Source of the DNA: Lama guanicoe
Taxonomy: Eukaryota
Length of the DNA: 64,000 nucleotides
Direction of reading: 5' to 3'
Assembly (NCBI GenBank): GCA_013239625.1
Contig: MU055783.1
Coordinates: 14,543,202-14,607,201 of the forward strand
Position numbers and translations under genes: made by a program
Part shown: in pieces, positions 1 through 11,554 of the stretch
How positions within the stretch are numbered: the first letter of the stretch is position 1
Layout of the letters: each line of letters starts with the position of its first letter
The notes under the pieces: model-generated
What the model saw: the letters and a program-made list of their open reading frames with translations, nothing else
Told to the model about the DNA's origin: nothing
Databases searched by the model: none

Positions 1-849
1 TGAACCCAGTTTCCCCAGTTCCAAACCTGGGCACAGTTCACAGGGAAGGCTGACATGTAGGAGAGTATTTGCTCACACACACGTGGATGTAGAGAAGTTG
101 GGTATCTCATGTTTTAAATCATAACCCACCCCCGACCTCTGCCATCACGTCTGACCCAGAGCTGCTTCCTGCTAAGGTTGTGAGTAGAACAGACAAAAGT
201 ACTAAGAAAGACACTTTCCATCCAGGAATCATTTACTGCTCTGAGGATGGGTTTATATCACACAGTGCATAAAAGGGAGCTCAGCCATGCAAGGAAGAAA
301 GAGACTGCGCCCTCCTCTGAGTTAGGTCCTGGCCCATTTTTGCTGCTTTCCTCCCACTGTGAAACCATGAGCTGTTGAGAGCAGGCCTGTGTCAGCGTCT
401 GCTCTGTTTTCCCTGGCCTTGGGGACTGGAGGCCAGTTACATTTACTGGAGCCACTCCATCTGCTGTGCACTTGGCCAGGCCTCCTCAGCTTAAGCTGCA
501 CAGAGTTAATCATCACACTTCACAACGGCTCTTCCAGGGGAGGCAGGAGAGTCAGATGATTAAGTCAGCTATTATTAACCTGATTTTAGCAGTACAGGCA
601 GAGCTCCTGCAATACAGGGCCTAGCCCTGCAAAGATCTACCTGGCATCTCAGGCGAGGTGACACTTCTGTCCCACCTCCAGGGAGTAAGAGCATTTATGG
701 GGTTGGGATCATTCTGACCCCTCTTATCTTCCATTCCCAGTCCCTCCTTGAGGCCAAGACCATCTTGGGTATGAGGATGGCCCATGACATCAATAGTCCA
801 TCATCCAGTCGCTCACTCAATATTAGCAGCTGTAAGTGCCACCATCCTC

Positions 850-1055
850 CATTTGTAGGGTGCTTTCCAGCCTACGCAGCACAGACACGTGGAGCAGTTC
901 TCTAATCTGACCCTTACAATACCTCGGTGAGCCCTAGTTGAGTGTCCTCACTTTACAAATTAGGAAACTGAGGCTTGGAGAGGATAAGGAATTTTTCACA
1001 AGTCTGTTCATCTCATTAGTGGAAGAGAAGACACTTGACCCCAAGTCCAATGTTC
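850..1055 (-). mobile_element. MIR SINE fragment
   Basis: MIR core in antisense (cactttacaaattaggaaactgaggct). Confidence 0.65.
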
Positions 1056-3179
1056 TTTCCCCTCCACCGGGTGAGATTAGGCAAGGGACCTCAAGCAAAG
1101 CACAGTCCAGCACTGAACCCGAAAGTGTCCCTGGGCGTGACCTGGGTTTGCCCTGGACATAGCAAAGGAAGCAGCCCTTTACCTGCCAAACAAAGATAAT
1201 AATAGCTAGGTACATAGCTCTTACTTTGTTCAGACACACCATGAACAGTCTTTCTCCTGGTCCTCAAACTACCCGAAACAGAAGTCATCATGATTCATTT
1301 CATTAATGAAGAAACCAAGGCTCAGAGACATCAGATGACTGGTCCACAGTCACAGATAAAAAGTTGGGTGCCAGGATTTCATCCAGGCAGTGGGCCTGCT
1401 AAGGTCCCAACTCCTAACCGCCACGCTTGCCTCCCTGTCCCAGGGGGCTTGTTCCTCAGTCCATTTATCAGGCCATCCACCCCCAGCCCGACACCCTCAG
1501 GACCTTCACTTGGTAGCAGGTTAGTTGATTGAATCGAGCTGAATGCTTCCTCCCCATCTGTTAACACCCTTCAGCAATGGCGCGCTCGGGCCCTAAGAGC
1601 CCTTAAACCAGCAACACAAATCCCTTCTTTCTGCAAAATTGATCTTTCAGATGTCGGTCAAAGTCCACGAGGACACAGAGACAGATTCCTCAAACAGGGT
1701 CTCACTCGGCAGCATAATTAATAAACGTCCTGAAGAGGGTCAGGGGAAAGATTTGCTGCCGTTTTGCTGGGCATCTGGGGAGTGAAACACAAGCAATTCA
1801 AATACATTTTTTATTTCCACTTATTGCCTTTGTCAAGAACCTCCATATTCCCTGCACCAGATGAATTTTTTTTTAATGGTTCCTTGTTTAAGAGAACGAC
1901 AACCCCCTCCTCCAACCTCTGCCTGATAAAAAGAAAAACCACATACGAAGAAAAAGGGAAAGGCAAAAACCTAAGCCCCTATTGTTGACAAGTTCCACGG
2001 ATGAAAAGTTTTCTTTTTATCCAATATGCTTGTTCTCGTGTTTCAGCCGAAAAAAAAAAAAAAACTTTTTTTCTAAAGGCACTAAATGCTAAGTTGATAC
2101 AATTTTGGTGGAAAGAAATAAACTTGTAATGGATTACCCCCCCCCAAATTGTGCTGATAATGAAGGCAGGATTTAAGATTTTGGAGAAGGTTTTTGCCAA
2201 AAAGAGAAAGAAATCCCCGGTGCCTGTGACCTGGAAGTCTCAGCCCTTCAAGTCCCGGAGTTCAGCCTCGGGTTCTGCTGTCCCCCCGGAGACTCCGAAT
2301 GATAGCTGCTGTCTCTTTGGATACAACTTGAATGAATTCCCAGGATAATGACCCGGCCTCCCATGATTTACTAACCTCACCTCTGTGCAGCCGCCCCATC
2401 AGGGCCGGTTAATCCTTTAATGGTCCCTGCAGTGTGTCCGGGTCTGCTCCAAAAATTCCACAGCCCTCCCTGGAACACCGAGGGGCATTGAATGCCCGGC
2501 TCCCCTCCCCTCCGCAGCCCCCCTCCCCCACCCCTTATCTTATCAGGTAGCTAATTCCCACAAATTATTGTGTGATTCCGGCAGAAGAATGAAACTGCTC
2601 TCAAATCATAAATTTGTCACTTTCTGGACAGCTGCTAAGTCAAGAAAATCTTGACCAAGTGGGGCTTAGTCACCGTTCTGAACAATTAAGATCCGTCAGT
2701 GCATGGTGGTACTCTCTCTCTCAAAGCAATGTTTATTGATGGGACGGAAGAAAACAGTTTATACAGAGATTAAACAGGGTATCCAGTCTTAAGTGGAGTG
2801 TAATCCTTCATCGGGGTAACGTGACTCCCAACATACTGTCGCAGGCAGAAAGTCTCTGTGGTCCACAGCACTGTGTCACTGCGGCCAGCCTTCGGCTCCA
2901 TATTTGCCTTAAGATGACAAACAGCCAGGCTTCCTAAGTCTAGTCCTGCTCAGTGCTGAGAGTAACTTCCAGGGCTCTCAGAGAGAGAGCTGAGCCTCAG
3001 CAAGGACACTAAGGAATTTTTTTATAGATTATATATCCAAGCGTGCCCACTTCTCACCGCCTCCACAACTCCCAGCCTGTCCAAGCCACCTCTTAGATCA
3101 TCGCAGGAGCCTCCTCATTTCTCTTCGTCCTTATCCCCTTCAGTTTATTCCACACTCAGAAACCTGAGGGATCTTTTAA

Positions 3180-3730
3180 TTTTTTTCTTCAGTTAAAATT
3201 CACATATGATAAAATTAAACATTTAAAGTACACAGTTCAGTGGTTTTTAGTGCATTCACCATGTTGTGCAACCATCGCCTCTGTCTTGTTCTAAAGCATT
3301 TCATCATCCCCAAAGGAAATTCGCACGCATTAAGCAGTCACGGCCCACTCTCCCCTTCCCCCAGACCTGGCAGTCGCTAATCTGCTTTCTTTCTCTATGN
3401 NNNNNNNNNNNNNNNNNNNNNNNNNNNNNNNNNNNNNNNNNNNNNNNNNNNNNNNNNNNNNNNNNNNNNNNNNNNNNNNNNNNNNNNNNNNNNNNNNNNN
3501 NNNNNNNNNNNNNNNNNNNNNNNNNNNNNNNNNNNNNNNNNNNNNNNNNNNNNNNNNNNNNNNNNNACTGCATTTTGTTTATCCGTTCATCAGTTGACAG
3601 ACGTTTGGTTGTTTCCACATTTTGACCACTGGGAGCAGTTTTGCTGTGAGCATTCTCATACAAGCTTTTGTTTGAATATCTGTTCTCAATATTTTTGGTA
3701 TATACCTAGGAATGGAATTCCTGGGTCATG
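3180..3730 (-). mobile_element. Old L1 (L1M-type) 3' fragment, interrupted by N gap 3400-3566
   Basis: Typical antisense L1 3' text (tttttagtgcattcaccatgttgtgcaaccatc; tatatacctaggaatggaatt). Confidence 0.8.
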
Positions 3731-3749
3731 ATCCTTTTAATTCTTGGGT

Positions 3750-4210
3750 AAGTTCATGTTACTCTTCTGCTTAAAACTCTCCAATGGCTTCCCACCTAGA
3801 ATGAAAACAAAAATCCTTTCAACTCTCTACAAGGTCCCTCTGTGTTCTGGCTCTTGCAACCTCTCTGAACTCATCTATTACTAACTCACTTGGCCCCAAA
3901 AAACTGGCCTCCTTACTAGCCCTCAAGTCACCACGAGGCCCCCTCCCAGGCCCCGACACTTGACTCTTCTGCCTGGAATGCTCACTCCTCCCTCACTTCC
4001 CTCAGGTCGCTTTCCAAGAAACGACCCTATTTAAAATGGGACACTGGACACCTAGCCCCTTTGCCCTGCTTTGTTATTCTTCACCTGACCTAGAAAATAA
4101 TTTTTGGTTTAGTTGTTACTGGTTTTTCTAATTCCTCCAATAGAATGTAAGCTCCACGAATGTTTGTTTTGTTCATTGGCATTCCCACCATCTAGAACAG
4201 AGCCTGCAAG
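3750..4210 (+). mobile_element. L2 3' fragment
   Basis: cttaaaactctccaatggcttccc; ctgcctggaatgctc; tagaatgtaagctcca ... ctagaacagagcctg. Confidence 0.7.
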
Positions 4211-5547
4211 GCTGATAGCAACTGGCCTCACCCACCAGAGGGTGGTTCTCATCTCAAGCTGTCATCTCTCTTATCTCCAATTACAGCTCGGGACGTTAGT
4301 TCAGTCTCTATGCATGTATCAGATTTTTTGTTTAAAAGGTCCAACACAAAGGGCATTAGGCAGCTCACCCAAACAGAAGTATTCTCCATATCTTAAATAA
4401 TCTTGATAAGAAGTCTACGCATTACCCTAACTCACAGGCTTCTTGTAAAGAGGTTAAGTGACTTGCTCAGGATTACACAGCTAGCAAGAGACAGAGTAAG
4501 GATTTAGATGGGGTTTAAATATCCTTAAGCATTATGCTATATAACCTTACTATTTGAGTGTATTGAGCAAATGAATGAGCACACAAAAATATTAGGCTTG
4601 GAGATCCAAGTTTTCATTTCAAAAATCAAGAAAATAGGCTTAAAACACTTGCCGTGGTTTGGGGTATTAAACTGTATATTTTTTGACAGTTCAGAAAGCT
4701 TTGCATTGTGGCAGGGTAGTTACTAAAGTCATAACAGGGGTGGCTTTTGCAGGTATGTGAAGGCGGTCAGCAGAAACAGCAAACCGTGGGGCGGTTCTTT
4801 CATTTGATGGGTGCATGTGGTGGGTTTGAATTTCAACCCACGCATTCAAGAGCACAAGAAACAAAACTTTATTTTCCTAGAATGGAACTTAATTCCTATA
4901 TCAAACTCCTATGTCTTTGAGGTCTAACCGTGGTCGATGTTAAAGGTTCTAGTCTACGCTTCAGGGGATTCACCGCCAAAGCCTGGAAGGTGGTCCTTCC
5001 ACTGTTCCAGGAATGTGTGCCTGTAGGTGTCCCCAGTCTGCCGGCCCCGTGCAGGCTGGGAGGGGGCTCGACGTTCACCGGGCCGCCAAGGGCACTTCAC
5101 CACCCACCCTACCTAAGTCCCGTCTCTCAGCCATCCCCTCCCAGGGCCTTCCCTTCTCCCTTCTCAAGCCCCATTTTCTTTTCCCACCTCCTCCTGCCTG
5201 AGGGAATGTTTTTCTGGTCTTCAGAAGAAATCCTTCTTTCCTTTAAATCTTGGTAATTTCTTCCTAAAGTCATTCCCTTTATGATTTTTTGGCAAATACA
5301 GATATTAATATAAAAGTTCAAAAGAGGGACCAGCTGGTCATTTCTTCTTGTCATACCTGTTTCCGGAGGAAAGGGGCCCAGGGACTGACTGCTGGAGCAG
5401 GGAGAGGGAGAACAGAGTGCTGGGGGAAAAATAAAAGAGGACAATATTTCTGAAAAAGCATCCCATCATGCATTTCTGAGCACATCCGTGGGCGGCGCAC
5501 TGTTCTGGGTGCCAGTGATACACAGAGGGAAAAAATCTACACAGAGG

Positions 5548-6010
5548 ATGTCTTTGTTTTCTACTGCTGCTCTAGTAAATTACCACAAACTGAGTGGCTT
5601 AAAACAATAAAATATTTTTGCATAACGCTTGGGAAGATCAGCTGCCCAAAGTGATTCTCCCTAGGCTAAAGTCAAGGTATCATCAGGGCTGCATTCCTTC
5701 TGGAAGCTCTGGGGGGAAATCTGTTCCCATGCCTTTCAGGGCTTCTAGAGGCTGCCCACATCCCTGTGCTTATGTCTCAATACCACTCTGAGCTCTGCTT
5801 CCTTTATCATATCTCCTTCTCTGATTCAGACTCTCCCATCTCTCTCTTTTTCTATTTATATGTAGGGTCCACCTCAAGAATCCAAGATAATCTCCCCATT
5901 TGAGAATCTTTAACTTAATCACATTAGCAAAGTCCTTTTTGCCTTGAAAGGTAACATGCTCACAGGTTCTAGGAATGGGACGTCATTGGGGAGCCATTAT
6001 GCTGCCCGCC
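5548..6010 (-). mobile_element. MLT1-family (MaLR) solo LTR
   Basis: aaattaccacaaactgagtggcttaaaacaa; aagtcaagg; aaggtaacatgctcacaggttctagg. Confidence 0.8.
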
Positions 6011-6019
6011 ATAGGGGGC

Positions 6020-6700
6020 TAACGTCTAGAGCAGTGCGGTAAGTACAATAATAGGAGAGATGTGGGATTGTGTGAGGGGTCACAGGGAGAGCCAGTCTGG
6101 GGATCAGAAAATGCTTCTCTGTTTAGACTGAAACCTGGAGGGTGAATAAGAGCCAGAGATTTGGGAGAAATGGGAAGAGGAGGTATTCAAAGTTTAGGAG
6201 AAAAGCTTAAAGAGGACAGAGAATAAAGTAGGTCTTTGAAGTGATGAGTTTTTGGACAAGGTAAGGGTCAGGTGTTCAAAGGCCTGGTAAACCCAGGGAA
6301 GTTTTGGCTTTACCCTAAGGGAAACAGGTGATGAGGTGAAAGGGCTTGCATCTTATACAAGTCCCTTGTGGCGGCTGGGCCGGTATAGATTGCAGGGGGG
6401 CAAGCTTGGTGATGGAGAGAGCAGTTATGGGACAGTAAACCAGAGACAGATAGTGGCGGTGTGGGGCTGGAGACACGCGGAGGCAGTGGAGAGAGGTTTA
6501 GGTTTAGATTTAGGGCTCCATGACTGATTGGACACCAGGTCGGGGAATATGAGCAGAGACGCCCAGGATGGCTCCCAGGTTTCTGGCTGGGGCCACTGGG
6601 GAGGAGGAGGAGGCGTGGGGAAGAAGATGATGGACACGTTGATTTGCTGATCCATGTGGGACATCCAGGTGGAGATGCCTGGGAAGCAGCTATGTCATTG
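6020..6700 (-). mobile_element. L2 fragment
   Basis: Purine-rich antisense L2 text (gatggctcccaggtttctggc; gggacatccaggtggagatg). Confidence 0.6.
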
Positions 6701-7352
6701 GGTTCTTGTAAGGATCAAACAAAATGGACCATGGAAAGCACTTAGCCCAGTGGCTGGCGCATAGTAAGTGCTTAATAAATATGAGATGTTATTGTTACTT
6801 TTTAGTTTTATATTCAGGTCTGGACTGTGCTTCAATAAACCATGCTCTGAGAGCCATTTTTGGGGGGAGGAGTAGAAGTGGGATTAAAAAAGGCAAATAA
6901 ATGAGAGGAGAGCAATGAAGAGGGTGATTCTGTGGCTACACCCATTCCATGCCCCAATTCTGGGTCCCTTGGATTAACGGAGAACGAGGCAGTTTGCTTG
7001 GTGAAGCAGGGGCATCAATCAGCATTAACCCAAAACAGAGAAACCCAGATACCCTGAGTGCACTTTTAGGAGTTTTTTAGTATCCCCTGGAGGAGCCAGG
7101 AGGGAACGCAGATCGACTGCTAGGATTAACTCCAGGCTGCTTTGTTTTTAATGAGACGCTGGGTGGGCGTCAGGAGTGGGAGCAGTCCTTTTTCGGCAAT
7201 ATCAACAGCAATGACGTCAGCAAAGAGTTGATTCTTCCCTTCACTCTGATTTCAGTCTTGTGTTTTCATCAAAGAGGGTTCTCGTCTACACATCTGGGCA
7301 CACAGGCACTTGTAAGAAGACTGGGGCAATCAATTTCTCTGAGGGTTTTAAT

Positions 7353-7414
7353 ATTAATACCTGCCTCTCAGAGAGAGGAATTAATTAGTACCTGCCCCTC
7401 AGAGAGAGGAATTA
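7353..7414 (+). repeat. Tandem duplication, 2 x 31 bp
   Basis: attaatacctgcctctcagagagaggaatta / attagtacctgcccctcagagagaggaatta, 29/31 identical. Confidence 0.95.
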
Positions 7415-8389
7415 ATTTCCCTGGGCAAAAGTACCATTTGGTACAAGGGAAACTTCTGATTTATGAGGCACCAGAGGCAATTTATTTCCTTTAAATATTA
7501 TCATTATGAACATAGCAACTTCATAAGAGAAAAATGGAATTCAAGGAACATTAACCTCTAAACAGTTACAGCATTTCAAATTCCTGTGCTGTCTTCATTG
7601 TCAATAGGATAACTTTGGAAGTTGTGACCACAAGGTCAGACAATGCAATGAGAAATATCCAGAATCCAGTTGGGTGTTGTTTTAATATCTTTCATGTGCT
7701 GTTGGACTCCAACACTGGAAAAATATTAAAAGAATGCAACATTCTACTAAGTTTCGAGGTCTTTAAAACTAGACCAGAGACATTTAAGTATCTTAAGAAT
7801 CAAAGAAATACAAAATCCAGTCAAGTGAAGTAGCAGATTGGGAGGTATACAGACTTCTGTGAATAGACACAAGGGTTAGGAATTAATTGTGTGACTTGTA
7901 TCCAGGGGAGACTCAGATACAGGACCGTAAATAAATCCCAGTAGGTCCTATCACTCATGGCAAGTTTTAGTCAGCGTCTAGACTCAACCATACATACCAA
8001 AGGGAACCCCGAAAGTTTCCTTGGAGGGTAAACACTTCCTTAATTCTAAAACTGGGGAGATTTTTTTATACTTAAGTATAAAAATGGCAAGCGCATCAAA
8101 CAAAGATACCAATATTTCTGTATTAAGACATCTGTACATATTTGGTATTTAAAGTGTAATGTTTTAAGAAGATTTGTTCTGTTAGAATTGCATTTCAGAT
8201 ACAATGCACAAATAAAATCCATTCTAATGAATTTTCTTATATTTTCTGTTCCTAGAGTCATTTTCTCTCACTAGTCAGTCTTGGGTGCTTTCCTGAGATC
8301 AACTGAAGATAGAATTATGTAATCTACAAATCAGTGATACTTTGGTTATATTTTCCTATAAATCTTAAATGTCTGTTCAAAACATTCCT

Positions 8390-8592
8390 GTAGAATAGAT
8401 AAACAAGATTATACTGTATAGCACAGGGAAATATATACAAGATCTTGTGGTAGCTCACAGCAAAAAAAAAAAAAAAGAATGGGACAATGAATATATGTAT
8501 TTTCATGTATAACTGAAAAATTGTGCTCTATACTGGAATTTGACACAACATTGTAAAATGACTATAATTCAATAAAAAAAGTGTAAAAATAA
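8390..8592 (+). mobile_element. 5'-truncated young L1 3' end (cetartiodactyl/camelid type) with A-rich tail
   Basis: atactgtatagcacagggaaatatat ... acacaacattgtaaaatgactata-A tail; near target-site duplication aaaacattcct / aaaaattcct. Confidence 0.8.
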
Positions 8593-8991
8593 AAATTCCT
8601 ATTTTTGTGTTTTGTATTATACCATTATCTCTTGTCTCCACTTCTCCTTGAATAGTTTTGCCAGTGTTGCTTATTCGAGTTAAATAGCAGTGATGACAAG
8701 AGACATCTTCACCTGCTTCCATTACGAAGGAGAATTTCATAGTTTCTACACTGAGGATGCTTTGGCTTTTGCATTTAATTTAAAACTCTTTTTTTGTTAT
8801 GGAAATTTAATGTTTTGGAATTTTTGGAATTTGGAATTTTTGTTATGGAAATGTTATGTACACTAAGCCAGCCAACACCCAGCTGCAACAATTTATAACA
8901 CGCCTCTGATCTTGTTTTACCTGCTGACCCTACTCCAAATGTTCTTTTCTCTTCCTCTTCCTCAAAAATAATGAGGCAGACTGGAGTCTTT

Positions 8992-9210
8992 TTTTAACTG
9001 AGGTAAAAATCAATGAAATGTACTAATTTTAAGTGTACAATTTGGTGAGTTTTGATAAATGTATACACCCAAGTGATCAAAACCCCAATAAAGATAAAGA
9101 ACATTGCTATCATTCTAGAAGCTCCTCTAGCCCCTGTTCCAGTCAATCTCCATGCTTCACGGGTGACCACTGTTCTGGTTTCTATCACCATAGAGCTGCT
9201 TCGCCTTTCC
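8992..9210 (-). mobile_element. Old L1 (L1MB/ME-like) 3' fragment
   Basis: ttttaagtgtacaatttggtgagttttgataaatgtatacaccc ... accactgttctggtttctatcaccatag. Confidence 0.75.
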
Positions 9211-9574
9211 TTAAACTTCAGCATCCCCCACAGCACAGAGCGAATGGACGGACAGATGACAGACACCTGCTGAATCCTGATGGCAGACAGAGGATATGAG
9301 ATAAAGATTTCTGTGAAATTTGTTTTTAAAGCCTGCTTTAATTTTTGTGCTTTCTAAGAAACCAAATGTTTTAATGTTATGGTGGAAGGGACTACTTTGG
9401 TAAAATTAACTTCATTTTAAACAATTATAATTCACTTTTATGTCATTGCACAAAAACAAGTCAGTGGAACATCTGAAATGTATCACTGAAAAAAAAAACA
9501 ACAAAGCCGCTGTGGGCACACGTCTGGCACATTACTTCCTGGCACACAGACCCGCTGGGCACTCATCTCACGTG

Positions 9575-9955
9575 CTGCGTTAAGTCTCCCACAACTAGGG
9601 TGGCTTCCACCAATGCCCATCCTCTCACGGTTCTGGAGGCCAGAAGTCTGAAATACAGGTGTCAGCAGGACAGGGTCTTTCTTAAGGGCCCAGAGGGAAA
9701 CTCTGTTCATCCCTCTCCTGGCTTTAGGAGGTTGCCAGCCATCCTTGACATCCCTTGGCTTGTGACTGTTCCTGTCTCTGACTCTGTCTTCATCTGACAA
9801 TCTCCCCTGCGTCTCTATCTCTGTCTCTCTTCTTATGAGGACCCACCCTACTCCAGTATGACTTCATCTTAACTAATGGTATCTGCAGTGACCCTCTTCC
9901 CAAATAAAGTCATATTCTGAGGTTTTGGGAAGGACATGCATTTTGGGTAAAACCA
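9575..9955 (-). mobile_element. MLT1-family solo LTR
   Basis: ctcacggttctggaggccagaagtctgaaat; ctccagtatgacttcatcttaact; ccaaataaagtcatattctgagg. Confidence 0.8.
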
Positions 9956-10694
9956 ACACACACACCTATCTATTCATCTTGGGAAACTCAATTTCCAATT
10001 ATAAAACACATGCTTCATTTCTTGTACGCCCTTTGCAGACACTGATGCACTCAGAACACCTGGATTCCAGTTGCTGGCCTGCCTTGAGCTGGAGGGCCTT
10101 GGGAAATTTACTTCAGCTTTCTAGGCTTCATCCAAAAAGTGAAGTCAGGATAAGTGTCCTCTAGGGTTCTCTTCAATTTTGCTATTCACAAGATTTGGGG
10201 AACCAATGAAGCTTCTTTCACACAGGGAAATATGGGAATGAATCATCAGGAAACCATGGCAGAGGCCGGGAGAGGGTATATATGGACACAAACCGGTGTC
10301 CCTGCTGGGGAGCATCTCGGCATCACTGAAGCTCGTGGTGGGTGGGGGCAGGTCATTGCAATCCTACTCCAGATCAGCCCAGTCTGCAGCTGCACAGAAG
10401 GCATCTCTCAAGGTGTTAATTGCTAATTTTCACCATACAAAGCCTCTGGCCTGTGAGACTACTTCCCTCTGGGGCTTTTACAGGATTTTAGGCTGTTCTT
10501 CTGAGCCAGTTTCTCATTAAACAATGGAATTTATTACTATATAAATTAAAGACCCTGGTACATATTTTTTAAAATGTGGATTGATATCCCCAGCAGGAAT
10601 CAAGAGAACAGACTCCATTTACTGAAAGTTACCAGGCATTGTGATAAGGGCCCCTATGATGTCTTTCATTTAATCTCTCAACTCTTTGAAGTCT

Positions 10695-11554
10695 TGTTTC
10701 GGTTAGTCAGTTTATTGCCTCTCAGCTCCAAATTCACCCTTCAGTACCTGCTTTGCAATGCTAGACCGGACTCTTCAAGCATTTCTTCTTCACACTGAGC
10801 ACGATGTTCAGCTTTGTCAGTAGAGGGCAATGGAGAGACATTGTAGGAGAAAGAAGTTTCTCTTCCTGGCTTTGGTGTGCTTTTCGCTTTTGCTTGCTCC
10901 TGGGGCTCCATGCATCTGCTTGTGCATGTGTGGGGACATCTCATGGGGCTCTATCCTACCCAGGGTGTCCGGTCCCTCAGCAACCTCACAGCCCTGGCTG
11001 AAGCCCAGTGACCACCTCGCTCTGGCCTTCTTGATGCAAACGCTCCAGGCCCTCCCCACCCACCTCAGGCTTCCTAATCCGTCCTGTGACTGCCCGCCAG
11101 CCTCAGCTTGCCTGCACCCTGGACGATTGTTTCCCATGGCCTCCCAGCGTCAACACCATGAATTCCAGGCCAAGTGTCACCTGCCAGGAAGTGGACTCCC
11201 AACACCCCACTTCCCTTTGCCCTCCCCTCCGCCCCCACCCTTGCTCACCTGTACCTGGGCTGTTTCCTACTGCCTGGCCACTGTGGACCAGCTCTGGGCC
11301 AAACAACCCAGCAAACCTGTCTGCCATCTGGTGGGCACCACCCGCACCTTCTCCAACCAAGTCTGAACCTCAGCCTCGGGAAGGACTCCCAACCCGTATT
11401 TGTCCTTCCTTGGGTAGTCTCCCTCAGCCTTTAAGGTTCTCTTCACATCTTTGTAGTTATTCACCTAAGCAAGCTGAATACTTCTTTAGATTATACCACC
11501 CCTGTTCAAGTCACTGCGTGGTTTCTGCTTCCTGATTGGACCTGGAATGATACA
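10695..11554 (+). mobile_element. ERVL-type solo LTR, LTR41-like
   Basis: Starts tg..ggttagtcagtttattgcctctcagctccaaattcaccc, contains tgtcagtagagggc, ends gtggtttctgcttcctgattggacctggaatgataca; family assigned from memory of the consensus. Confidence 0.65.

Noticed and set aside
10830-11366. 178-aa ATG-initiated ORF
   Set aside because: Lies wholly within the LTR41-like solo LTR; Pro/Cys/Leu-rich with no recognisable motif
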